Positions 50,701 to 63,300 of a stretch of DNA of 64,000 bases are shown piece by piece. The notes beneath the pieces are model-generated. The model was not told where the DNA came from, made no database searches, and worked only from the letters and a program-made list of their open reading frames with translations. Numbering within the stretch: the first letter of the stretch is position 1; every line of letters begins with the position of its first letter. Origin of the DNA: Perna viridis (taxonomy: Eukaryota); the NCBI GenBank assembly GCA_037379345.1, contig CM074513.1, forward strand, positions 13,082,001 to 13,146,000. Direction: 5' to 3'. The translations under genes were made by a program, and so were the position numbers.

Positions 50701-53700
50701 TCTGTAGATTTTAACCTTTGTTTGCATTCGTCAAATCTGATCATCAAACAATACTTCAAATCATGGTTTTAATGACTTCTGAAAAGGAAAGTTACTGAAT
50801 CCTTCGAGTGCCAGCCATTAACAATATGAAAGCTTTACTCACCTGCAACGGTTCCTGCGACAACTTGGTGTGGGAAATGTGTTGCTATAAATAGTCTGGA
50901 TACATTAACTGCTAACAGCAATAAACCATAACAAAACCAAATAAAAAACTTCAATATTGATCTACAACAGAACATGCAATATAATACTTATTTTACTTTT
51001 TTAGAATTCAAAAATTACTGAACTGTTTTATTTATGCAGATTATTTGACTAGGTATTTCACCTCAAATTTTACCATGGCAACAGACCTTGATTATTTAAA
51101 AAAAATTAAGAATTACAATAATAAATGCACAAAATAAATGAACAAGAGACTCTCCAAGAGCATGAATCGCTCACCGGGCAAATCATGCCATATTAAATCA
51201 GTAAGTAAAAATATCATGCTTTGTTACCATGTTTGACTAAAAATTTTGAAGAGAAACATACATCGATGAATGCTGTAAATTCAACTGAGTACCTAAGGCA
51301 CTGTACAGGCACTGTAAAATGTTGGAAATGCCTTCAAAGTATTGTTTTAAAAAGAACCTCTGGAAAAAATTAAACAGGAGCCCTGTTTAAAAAGAAATGA
51401 GTCGCAGTACAGTTTCTTGACATGGCAGCTTCGCATTGCATTTTGTAGTAACAACTGAATTTAAAATAAGTAACACTGAAATAAGTGACATACAAAATTA
51501 CAAACTGAGATTATTTTATCAACTATTCATATTTAGAAAACAGCATACTTTTTTTTCATTTCACCAGATTTATGCCACGAAATGAAATGGTGAAATGTAG
51601 TTGATAATATAAGATAAATTGGATTTGACATTCAGAAAATCTTTCTTGATCTTAAAAATAGAGGTTCAAAATTTGTCTGAATTTCAAATGAAGTCTTAAT
51701 TCTTGAACATTTCCAAAGGAAATTTTCAGTAAAACTCTCATTAGCTGAATCACCTGTTAGATGGCAGAGAATTACCTGTTAGATGGCAGAGAATTACTTG
51801 TTAGATGGCACAGAATTACCTGTTAGATGGCACCGCATGTTTGACTAGAGATCTCATCATTACATACATCACTGCTGATGTTATCATAGCATGTCCAGAT
51901 GGGCTTCCTGGTAATAATAAAACACATAATGTTAAGGTAAATTTTCATGATGTACTATTTTTCAAAATTTATTACACTATGAAACTGTTAACATGAATTT
52001 TCAAGATGTACTACTTTTCATTATTTTTCACACCATGAAACACTGATGGTGATAATATTTCAAAACTACAAAAAGATAAAATGATACCTGTGATTATGTT
52101 AATTTGAAAGAATCAGCAAAAATTAATACATTTTCAGCAGTGTATAAAGCAGAAAATTTCAAAATCATGTCATGAAACTGGGCTCATTTAGTAAAGCTTG
52201 GAACCAGAGTTAGTCGATAGAAGAAATGGAGTACAATGGTCAAAATCTTTGGAAATTAACAATTGTCAGATAATAAAAAATTGATTCAGCCTCCATTGGA
52301 CATGCAATGGCAGATCAAGATACATTGTATTCTACAAAAAGCGGGACACGGACTGGCCTAATTTACTTTTGATTTGAGCTGCACACCTTAACTTTTTTTA
52401 ATCTCACCCCATTTTATCCCCTAAAATCTTTAGCCTGAAGTAGAAACATTTGCAAAAATGAAAAATATATACATATATAGTTTTTCTTGCCAAAGGTTTT
52501 GTAGTAACCATTTAATTAAAACAAACTCTTTTTCAGTACCCTAAATATATGTTATTTAGAATTTGTATGGAACATTTATTTAAATTATTCTTTCAAGATA
52601 ATAGGTAAAAAAGAAGTCCTGCAAAATATTCTTACTTCGGCAAAATTTTCCTCATTTTAGAATAGAAGAATTTGAAATAGACAAGTATAAAGAAGTGCTA
52701 AAACTTAAATAGATGACACATCTTACAGAAGTGCAAAAGGCTATTACTACCACAAACCAAATTTCAGTAAAAAGGTAAATGCTACATGAATGACTAAAAG
52801 CACAAGGATTAAGCTAAGCATACATGCATGCCTGTCAACTGACCCATAGCATGTGACATGCTTGTCACCTGATTCATATCATGTGACATGCCTGTCACAT
52901 GACAAGATCACATGCCTGGTCCAGTTTCACAGGTAAGTGAGTACTGTTCCAGTGACACAGGATGCATCACATGATCATGTTGCTGTATCTCATGAATCCA
53001 CCAGTATGGACGCTCCCCATGAAGTACCCTGAAGCACATAAAAATGTTTTGAAGTTGTTTTGATCAGAATAATGCAAAATTTGAAATAAGTGATTTATTA
53101 AAATAGTATATTTAATTTTGGATGCAAAGTAGCTTAAAGATGTTTGCTGCTCATGTTCAGTCATTTTTATCAGATTTTAGGACTCCTCTGATTTATCCAT
53201 TTCAAAGCATCAAAATTTTGTCCAGTGACCCTTACATTTCTTTTCATAATTTCATTGAACACACCTGAAAATGTTATTTGACAACGAGAAGTTTTATGAA
53301 ATTCCTGTTATTTCTTCAGTTTTTTTTTTATAGATAAAACCTACTAAGGCAAAACATACAGAAAATCCAGAGAAATCCTTTTCCCACCAAAATTTCAAAT
53401 GCTTATATCTCAAAAACAAGCACATTGACCCATAATTTTTTTCTTATTAAATGGTTCTAGCATGAAAGACCGTAAAAGGTTTCACAACCCTTAGATATTT
53501 ATGTAATTTTTAAACAGAGCAGTGAACACCCTTAAACATTTTATGATGGAATTTGTCATGAATTTTTCAAATGAATCCTTTGAACAAAATATATTTAAGG
53601 TGAAAATTATGAAAGAAAGGTAGAATCTCCCTTTAAAAGAAAACAACAGAGCTGTCATTTTTTTTTTTCATTTCAGGAGAAGGAAGATCATACGAAATCT

Positions 53701-55550
53701 CCGGAGAAGTTTAATACTTTGAAGAATTTTTTTAACAACACCTTTAAAAAAATCCTTCCACCCATAAATCACCCTGCAAGAATTTTAGGTGGACTTCAAT
53801 ATTCTTATTTTTCTGCATTACCCGAAGGCTTTAATATGATTATTAAAAATACTCCTCAGAAGTTTTGTTTCTCATTTAGTATTTGGTTGTTCTTGTGAGT
53901 TGTTTAAGTAGCAGTCTTTATAAAAATCAGACAGGTGATTCATGTCAAAAACCCACATAATTCACTTGTTATTTCTTGTTCATAATCCGTTAGACCAAAT
54001 AATCAATCATAGTTTTTCATTTCTATGTAGGTGCAGCACTTTTGAGATAAAATTTATATAGATTGTACATGAAGTTAGCACCGTGCAAGAGTTATGGCTC
54101 TTGATTTTCTTCTATTTGGTCGATTTTAGTGAGAGATTTATGTATGATTTTCTCAAAGTGCAGATCTAAATACATAAAGAACTTCTGTTACCTCAAAATG
54201 TAGCATCTGAAGATTGTAGAAACATTTGTTTGGTGGGTTTTTCTACACAATGTACCACAGGCAGTGCCTGAATTTCATACAGACTGGTACTTGAAAATTC
54301 ATTCCATGTTTTATTATTCACAAAAACTTTGACATATAAAGAGAAATAACTACCTGTATAATATGTTACAAATTATATTACACATTGATTTTCATTATCA
54401 TATTTCACAAATAGATATACATTGTACTACCAGTGATTTTTCTAGGCTTTGACATATTAATCATTGACTTATCATTTTCTCAAGTGACTAAAGCTTTTTC
54501 CTGGATTTTGACTCACTTTAGTCAAAATTTGTATGTATTTGTATAAAATCCACAAAAAGTGACTAAAGCTTTTGAAATCCTGGCAAAAACACTGTTACTA
54601 CACATACATTGAAAATGAGAATTTTGACCACGATGTTGCCTATAAAGTCATCAGACACAAAAGTGTATACCAGTACTTAATTTTTCTGCGAAAATGAAAT
54701 TTTTTAAAAATCTGCCCCATTAGAACTACAATTTCTTTGTCAAGTAAGAACATACCATTTCAAAACAGCATTTGCCCACTCAGAAATACAGGCCAACCAT
54801 ATAACTTGTATGCCTGTATGTCTGTGTATGCAATATGACAAGGGGAAGTAAATCAGAAAGGCGTATCTTGGATCACCCACTGTTGTTATAAACTGCATAA
54901 CATCACTGTAATGCTAGAAAAGACATAAAAAAGAATACTTAGTCATGCACATAAACAATATTATATAAATATTCTATTTTATTAAGAACAGATATTTCTG
55001 AATGTCAGGCAGGTCCCATACAAATTACAAAGGTGATTTTTTTATTAATTTCACAAAATCCTTAACAAATCAAAGAGACTTAAATGCACATAAGTTTTAC
55101 GTAAGCTTTGTGAAACAATGCAAAGGTATTTATCAATAGCTGTACTTAAGAATTTATAGATATCAGAATCAGACCCTCAGTGATATCTTTGGAACAGGTT
55201 ACAAAAATTCTGTTTACAGTTAAAAGAATACCGTAATAAGTAACAGGTCTACCAGCAACTCAAAGAGACACTTTATAAGGAAATGCAAGTACAATATGAA
55301 ACAAAATGAATTATAAGAGATTAACTTACAACGTATAAAAAAAAAACCTCTATAAAACCTGTGGCAATATTTTCTAGTTAATTCAAATGACATTTTATAA
55401 TTTCACATACATGTACATGTGCATTATTTGCCTTTTAATACATACTCTAAATAAATGTTGAATCTTGTGGATTAACATGACACCCTGTAAATGGACATAG
55501 TCCATAGCTCCTGGTTCGACCAGGTCCAGCAGCTGGTTTAAGTATTCCAT
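47794..55550 (-). CDS. G6PC: Glucose-6-phosphatase catalytic subunit (PAP2 superfamily), 7 coding exons, ~362 aa
   Basis: Exons (minus): 55550-55446, 54913-54756, 53028-52916, 51907-51820, 50961-50843, 49225-48983, 48056-47794, total 1089 nt. Phosphatase motifs KWVLHGERPYWW, TCETGPGSPSGHAM, SRLFIATHFPHQVVAG, also WSIAKAVKWCAKEDWVHPDT. The intron after exon 3 has a GC donor. An acceptor at 55572 implies an upstream non-coding exon. Confidence 0.95.
51752..51833 (-). repeat. 22-bp minisatellite (3.7 copies) spanning a G6PC exon/intron junction
   Basis: Unit ACCTGTTAGATGGCAGAGAATT at 51752, 51774, 51796 and 51818. Confidence 0.9.
52827..52919 (-). repeat. ~30-bp degenerate minisatellite abutting the GC donor of G6PC
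   Basis: Units start CATGC(C/T)TG at 52827, 52857, 52887 and 52911. Confidence 0.75.
53138..53531. mobile_element. Kolobok-type MITE with TTAA flanks
   Basis: TTAA|AGATGTTTGCTGCTC ... GAGCAGTGAACACCC|TTAA. Confidence 0.6.
54431..54594. mobile_element. hAT-like MITE
   Basis: TIRs CAGTGATTTTTCTAGG / CCTGGCAAAAACACTG, flanks GTACTAC / TTACTAC, internal AAGTGACTAAAGCTTTT present twice. Confidence 0.6.
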
Positions 55551-56561
55551 TATCTAGTATCACGGCGACCTCTACAACAGAAAGCTATAGTTTAACATGA
55601 AATGCACCAATGTAATCAAAATACTGAAAGTCTAGCAATGGGGGACACCCTCCTTTTTTATAGGAAAACTTGTCATTTTCATGTGTAAAATTGACAAAAA
55701 AATGTCCTAGCAACTGCCTTTTTTTGAGGAACCTTGGCAGGCACCCCCCCTTTTTTCAAAGTATCTGGGTCTGCCCTGCCTGGTAAATTTCATGATTGTT
55801 AATTTTTGCTGGTATTGATGTTTTATCATTTTTTAAAATAGTTTTTTAAATGTTATATCAAACAATGTAAGTCCTATGCACTCTGATTTATTCCAATGAT
55901 GACTATATTCTTTAAAAGACCCTCGTTATACATTCATATATAATTTGACTAGCCCCTATAATGCTGCAGAAAGAAGCAATTTTGTTGAAGCAGTGAACCC
56001 AGATCAAAGTTGATATGAGCTTTTTCTGGAAGTTCTGAACAAACTTGGTACTAGAAACAACTTTTTTTTCTAGAATTTCAATCAGATATTTCTATGTTGG
56101 TTTGGCAAAGGAAACAAACATTTTTGTTTTGCCTAATATGTATCTCCATAAATGTACAAGTAGCTATTTTTCAACTTGGCTGCCTATTTTTCTTTCTAGG
56201 TCTGAGTCTATTGTTTACTCAGTGGGCAACCAAATATGAAAATAAAGCTCTGTGGAACCCAAAGGGATTATTAAACCTACTGGTAAAGTTCAGATAATGT
56301 ATGCTTTAAGCTTTGCCTATGAGGAACGAAGTTATCTGTACTTAAATACATTTCACACAAGATAATGTGCCATTATGTTGTTATATCCCTGATGTCTTGT
56401 CCAAAGGAAATTTGTGAGACTGTCACTTTATAATAACACATCTATATATGTGCATCTGTGTTAAAAGCTCAAACAATCACATCCTATCTGCTTACATGTT
56501 ACTTCTGACAGAAGGATTTTGTGTCATTCATGTTTTGACAGGATCTATGTATATGCTCCCA

Positions 56562-56771
56562 TATTGTGAAAGTACTTTAATTCGTGGATACCAATTTTTG
56601 TGGATTAGGGAAGAAACACATGTTAGTGAATTCTTCAATTCGTCGTTTTTAAGTGTTTAGTTTACACATTAATGGAAATCTCCTTTTTGTTGGAAACCAA
56701 ATTTTGTGGTTAGGCCTATCCACAATAACCATGAAAATTGATACTCCATGAACAAAAATACTTTCACAGTA
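56562..56771. mobile_element. Tc1/mariner-type MITE
   Basis: TATTGTGAAAGTA / TACTTTCACAGTA termini with TA ends. Confidence 0.6.
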
Positions 56772-56933
56772 CTTGCCAACTTTAGAAAATCAACATGGGG
56801 TTTTTAAGTGATACACTGTGTGAATGAACAATTTCCCACCATATTTTGCAAACTGTGGGGTTTTTCTCAGTTGAACAAGTGTTTATGAAATATGGACAAG
56901 TGACTTATTCCCCTTTGATAATTTCTTCTTGAA

Positions 56934-57142
56934 AGAGTAATCAAGGGAACCAAGGTTATAGCGGTAATCAAAAGAATGTAATCCAGGGACAAAGACCAGA
57001 CATGGTGAACAGACATACACAACAAAGAACATAAACTAAAATAATACATACAAAGTAACAAAAGCAAATGAGCAACTCCAACTCTACTAAAAACTGGGAG
57101 CATGGACCAGGTGCACCGGTAGGGTAAGCGTCCTCTGCTTCT
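56934..57142 (-). mobile_element. Copy 7 of the Penelope-like element (3' UTR); a short copy 8 lies on + at 57292-57356
   Basis: Reverse complement of 28060-28265. Confidence 0.88.
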
Positions 57143-58539
57143 CTATAATGTATTTCATATAATTTGAAGTACTAACACCATTAAAAAGAAATGAATGCCA
57201 TTTCTGCATTTCTGATAATATTTTGAATTAGATTTCATGGAAAGACTTGTGTGTAATTTCCACAATGATTCACCTACTGTCTGATTCTTCCACCTGGTCC
57301 ATGCTCTAAGTTTTTAGTGGAGTCATTTAGTGCTCGTTTACTTTTGTTGCTTTGTATATATCCTGCACAACTCTTTGGGACTCCTGCATTAGTGTAGACC
57401 AACTTGGTCAAATGGTTCTGAATGAAGATATGTTCTAAATTAAATAACCCATACTTGTACCGTACCAAGTTTTCCTGTACCCAATTTACAGCTTTTTTAT
57501 TATAACAAGATATTTCCAGATGGAAAGTATGTACAATTTATCCAATCACATGATGGCTAGCATTCAATGGTTTTTAAAATGTTTTTCAAATTTGATTTAA
57601 AAAGTTCGGCAAATGAGACATGAATATGAACGTACTTACAAAAGAAGTGACACACATCTATTGATAGGCCATCTCTAGCTATATATACTTCGTCCAATTA
57701 GGGAGAAACCATTTGTGTAATGGAGGTGGGGGGAGACTAGGATAAAATTTGAAATAAAGTAAGGACACACCAATCCAGGGAAAAAAATAGTCAGGACAGC
57801 ACAGGCCCTGAAAAAAAAATGCACGATGCAAATTTTGGCTGGAAAATTTATGGTTAATTTTGAGAGAAAAAAAGGTGCAGGCAAACACTTGAAAAAGATA
57901 TCCAGGATCTAACTTTATTTGAAATAATTTGTGTTTTGGGGGGGGGGGGGTGATAACTTTTTTATGTAGAAAATGAAATAAAGGGAAACCATTTTTTTAT
58001 GAAGAAAATTACAAAAAGTGAACGTCAGATTTTTGTTTGTATAATGTCTGGCCAAAGAGCTGGTACTTGGTAAAGGAGTTTAGTACAAATCATGATGGTA
58101 AAACATAAATGTTTGATGAAATTGATGAAGAAAAACAGAGAAATGAACATGAGGATGATATTGATGCAAAGGTGTCAAGTCTTCCACTTTTGGAGGGAAC
58201 CTCCCAATATTTCATTAAAATTTTAACAACCTCATGCTTACATGTGCATGTCAAAGTGGGAGATGAATCCACATTTGTGAAAAATTCTCCCCTTTCAACT
58301 TAGATTTGTGATCTTGTCAAAACATGTTATGAAAACGAAAACTCAGTAAATCACATTTATGATGATGAAAAAGAAGAAAAAACTTGTGTGACAAGATGTT
58401 CAGGGACTGGGAGGAAAGCAGGACCATCATTGGCATCAAGAAAAGTAGACTTAATATGTGTTGCAATAAGTAAATGGTATTTGAACAAGAAGTTTCAGCT
58501 TTAGAGGGGTGTACAAATTGTTTTCTATGTTCATTGGTC

Positions 58540-58669
58540 CACAGAGACTTGGTGAGTATTTTTAGTAACATATATGCCCGCTAGGCAATGGGAACCTCGG
58601 AGGTTTTTCTCCGAGGTTTCCATTGTCTAGCGGGCATATGTTACTAAAAATACTCACCAAGCCCCTGTG
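58540..58669. mobile_element. 130-bp near-perfect hairpin MITE (CA...TG termini, 7-bp TSD; P-element-like)
   Basis: CACAGAGACTTGGTGAGTATTTTTAGTAACATA...CCTCGGAG-GTTTTT-CTCCGAGG...TATGTTACTAAAAATACTCACCAAGCCCCTGTG. Flanks ATTGGTC / ACTGGTC. Confidence 0.8.
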
Positions 58670-58789
58670 ACTGGTCAGAGATGAGGAGTCCCCAACCCGT
58701 AATGGTAAAAAATAAATGATTTGCAGTGACTTGTCTATTTCACATGTAACAGTAACACATCCTTCTCACACATGTTTACTTTTTTTTCA

Positions 58790-58878
58790 AATATAACCTG
58801 AACAAAACGTCACATTTCATGAACCCATGATAACTTACTCCAAACCGGAAGTTAATAAACAGTTACAACCTTTCACGA
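58790..58878 (-). promoter_or_regulatory. Candidate G6PC promoter / non-coding first exon
   Basis: ETS ACCGGAAGT ~58844-58852, a TGACGT half-CRE, and minus-strand donor-like sites GA|GTAAGT (~58838) and CAG|GTTATA (~58798). G6PC needs an upstream exon. Confidence 0.35.
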
Positions 58879-59401
58879 CTTCGGCACCTGCATATGGAGT
58901 ATTCATATCACAACTTATACGTTATGCCAGAGCTTGCCAATACGCAGACTTTTTGTATCGTGCTAGAACTCTGACAAATAGGCTTCTGGAACAGGGTTAT
59001 GTTACTACAAGATTGAAGTCATCACTACAGAAGTTTTATGGTCGTCATCGTGAACTCGTGGATCGTTATGGTGTATCCGTCTGCACCATGAAAACTGATT
59101 TATACGACGGGTCAAAGTTTTCCTTTCCTCGTTTGTCTACCCCGGACTTGACTTTTTATAAGCAACTCGGTGGGCGTTTCTAGAAAAGCAGAGGACGCTT
59201 ACCCTACCGGTGCACCTGGTCCATGCTCCCAGTTTTTAATGGAGTCCGAGTTACTCATTTGCTTTTGTTACTTTGTGTGTATGATTTTAGATGCTTTATG
59301 TTCTTTGTTGTGTATGTCTGTTTTCCATGTCTGGTCTTTGTCCCTGGATTGCATTCTTTTGATTACCGCTATAACCTTGGTTCCCTTGATTACTCTTCGG
59401 C
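58879..59401 (+). mobile_element. Copy 9 of the Penelope-like element, best-preserved RT C-terminus plus 3' UTR
   Basis: ORF SAPAYGVFISQLIRYARAC..DFLYRARTLTNRLLEQGY..RLKSSLQKFYGRHRELVDRY. Direct repeat CTTCGGC at both junctions. Confidence 0.9.
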
Positions 59402-59739
59402 TAATAATAATTTTCCGAATCGCGGTTAGCTTGAAATGGTTCCCCATTTCAATACAACTGAGTAATCTAAATACCCCCCGACAGAAAAATCCCCTACATT
59501 ATACCAAAATAATTATAATTAACATCCTAAACAATTGTCTACACATGACATCAATTTTTGGTAAATATAAAATATCAAATATAAAAGCTATATGAAATAC
59601 AACGATATTTTAGAATAAAAAAAAAAGTTTTCATTACTTATCTTTGGTGTCCCCTTTTGGGCGTTGGGGTGTAAAATATATGTGAAGTTATGGCAAGTTA
59701 AAGTGTACCAAAAATGAGTGTTTTCTAAAATAAAAAAAA

Positions 59740-60377
59740 GATTTTTTAATATTACAATTTTGGTTTCTAACATTACAAAAACCTTTTATTAATATTAAAA
59801 AAATCAATTGAATTTCTAATACTACAGAAGATATTAGAAAATGGATTTGTTATATTCAATTACAATTTTTTAATATTAGAAAATCATTTTGTAATATTAA
59901 AAAATGTGATTGACTTTGCAATATTGCAAAGTGAATTTTTATTATTACAAACTCATTTTCTAATATTACTAAATGTAAGATATTTCGTTACATTACTAAA
60001 TCAGGAATTTGTAATATCAGAAAATGAATTTTTGATATAGCAAAATGAATTTCTAATATCAAAAATATTTTCTGATATTAAAAAAAATGGTTTTGTAATA
60101 TCAAAAAATTATGTTTTCTAATATTAAAAAAGATTTTTTGGATATTACAAATTCATTTTCTAATATTACAGATTTGACTTCTAATATTACAAAACCCTTT
60201 TTTTAATATTAAAAATTCAATTGAATTTCTAATTAAAAAAAACGATTTTTAATATAAGAAATTGATTTTCTAATATTAGAAAATGGATTTGTTGTATTAA
60301 ATTTCGATTGTTTAATATCAGAAAATAATTTTGTAATATTAAAAAGATGTGACCGATTTTGCAATATTGCAAAGTGA
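59740..60377. repeat. AT-rich satellite-like array (TAATATTA/AATATTAC subrepeats, ~420-440 bp higher-order duplication)
   Basis: 59763-59935 recurs at 60179-60377, with dense palindromic AATATT cores. Confidence 0.75.
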
Positions 60378-63300
60378 CTCCTTCCTCTACTTGATGAATA
60401 TATGTAAGAATGATGATGCATATCTAAAATTAAAAAAAAATGTCATGTGTTTATGCTTCACTACCATGTATGAGGCAATCACCCCTATACAATGCAGAAA
60501 AGCAAAAACGGATGAAAATACTTAATAACTATCTAGTCAAGCGACTCGATAAAAAATAAAATCCTGATAACGTTCAGGTTTTCTAGTCTGTCTCTCTGAA
60601 CGACGTAATACAGGCTCATCATGAACCTGCTCTATGGCTTCAGTATCATCTACACTTGAATCATGTATAGATTTATCACTTCCGGTAAGATCAGTAGTAA
60701 CATATTCTGATACGCTTTCACGATTTGACGGATCTATATTTTGACTAATAGTGTCTAACTGAGACACACCTAAATCATGATAAGTGTTTACAGTTGAAGG
60801 AGTATTATTGCCATTTCCTGACGAAGCTTCATTTTCAAACATATAAAATCTATCTCCTGACCCAGATATACTGCTATAACTGGATGTTCCTGGAATAAAT
60901 ATCTCCGCTAATGGATTCAAAGGATCAAGGTTTTGTTGCTTGTCCCTTTTATCCATAGCAGGTACAAAATCGTTTTCTGAATCAGACCGACTCTCTGTGT
61001 CACAAGCAATATTATCACTATCCCTTATGCTATTCCTAGCATCTGAAACTCCCTGGTCTATATTTAAAAGTTCATCATGTGACTTTTGTTCAGAATCTGG
61101 TTTTGACTTAGACGCAACACGTTTTTGTTGCTTGACGTCTGACTCAACATAAACTTGTCTACAGGAACTGATGTAATAGGTAATATCATGTTCCTATGAA
61201 CAGTTTTTGGTCGAGCGACCAAATTCTGACTTTAAATTAAACACAGGGATTTCAAGATCTGGTTGGGATACGACAATGTATGGCTCTCTACTCCGTCTAT
61301 TCTGTATCTTGTGCCTGCCTTAGAAACCAACGTTCTTAACCAACACCCGATCACCAGGAAGTAGAACGGACTGACGGACTTTCAAATCATACTTATTTTT
61401 GTGACGTCTACTGGCTTTGGCTGCTGACTTTGCGGCTGTTTTGTAAGCAAAACTAAGCCGTTTTTCTAAGTTGGATATGTAAGCCGAATAGTCTTTGCTC
61501 GCTGCCATATTTTGCTGATGACCTAAAAATGCATTCATAGCTAGACGAGGGTGCCAGCCAAACATAAGATAATGAGGACTGTAACCTGTACTCTCATGTC
61601 TTGTAGCATTATATGCATGTACAAAAGGTGCTACGAAGCTATTCCAACCAGACTTTTTGTCATCATCTAATGTACCTAGCATATTTAAGAGTGTCTGATT
61701 GAATCTTTCGCACTGTCCGTTCCCTAGCGGGTGATAGGGTGTAGTTCTAGATTTTTTTCACACCGGCAAATTTACACAATTCTGATATGAGCTTGGATTC
61801 AAAGTTCCGACCCTGGTCGCTATGAATCCTAGATGGAAAGGAATAGTGCTATACAAAATGCTCAAATAGGCATTTTGCGGTAGTTTGTGGTGATTGATTT
61901 TTTTGTGGGTTTGCTTGTGCGTACCTCGTAAAATGATCGGTAATCACAAGAATATTTTCATAACCACCTTTAGATTGCTCTAACGTAAGGTAATCAACAC
62001 AAACTAGCTCTATTGGTTGGGTAGTACTACTTACCAGCTCAGCTGCAACCCTAGGTCTTGTTTTGCGTAAAATGCACTTTTCGCAAGTGATAACCTTCTT
62101 ATCTACATCCAAAATCAGGCCAGAAATACCGTGACTTAACCAAAGACAATGTCCTATCACGACCCTGGTGACCAATATCATCATGGAAACTCCTCAGAAC
62201 AGTATCTTTGTACACAGATGGTAAAACAAGCTGCAGAATGGTTTCATTGTATAGATTATATTTTCTGTACAGTAAACCATCCCTCAGTACAAACTTGTCC
62301 CACTCTCTGTGTAACTTTCTGACTGTGTCTGTCTCCTTGCCAACCAGCCGCTTAGTCAACCTATGCCCAAACTCAAGTAAATCTAAAATCCTAGACATAG
62401 CCTTATCAGACCTCTGCTCTCTAACCCAGTCTAACTTACTGAACTCCCCAAAATCGAAATGACCCAAAGATGATATCTGTAGAAAGTGATAGACACTCAA
62501 CTACTATCTGGTACTGATACTACAGTTGCTGAACAAATAGCTTACCACAACGTTGAAGACCTCATGTGCCTCTGGTCTCACTTTTGACAGTATGTCAGCA
62601 TCTACGTTGGACTTACCGGTTGTATAAACCAGTTGGAAGTCATAATTAGCAAGAGATGCTACCCAACGATGCCCTGTAGCGTCCAACTTGGCCTTCCCCA
62701 AAACGTAAGTACGGGGATTATTATCTGTCCTTATCTGAAACTTGTTGCTATATAAATACTCATGGAATTTGTCTGTCACAGCCCACTTGAGAGATAAAAC
62801 TTTTCTGTTGTGTGCCAGATAGATCTTTTCAGAGCCTCTCGGACTACGACTAGCGTATGCTATAACCTTTTCCTGACCTTCCTGACATTGATAAAGAATA
62901 GCACCTAGGCCATCACCACTAGCATCAATGTTCAGTATAAAAAGCAAAGAAAAATCAGAATAAGCCAAGACTGGAAGACTCGTCAATTTATGTATAATCT
63001 TATCCATGGCATTCTGTTGGTGTTCACCCCAAACCAAGGTGTAGGTTTGACTTTCTTTTTAGTTTTTACCTTTTTATTCGGTATCAAATCAACATATCGT
63101 TCAACGGTTTCACGATTTTGGCATAATCTTTCACAAACTTACGGTAATAAGACGTAAAACCGAGGAACCTACGTAGATACTTAATGTCCTTAATTGCGGG
63201 CCAATCTTTAACAGCAGAGATCTTATCTGGGTCGGTCTTAATACCCTGAGCAGATACGACAAACCCTAAATACTTCACTTCTTCCTTCAGAGACTCGCAT

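Noticed and set aside
51752-51833. CRISPR-like array
   Set aside because: Head-to-tail repeats without unique spacers in a eukaryotic gene; an ordinary minisatellite.
58090-58500. Acidic coding-looking stretch (MFDEIDEEKQ...)
   Set aside because: Interrupted by stops with no motif I can assign; possibly an old TE or pseudogene remnant.
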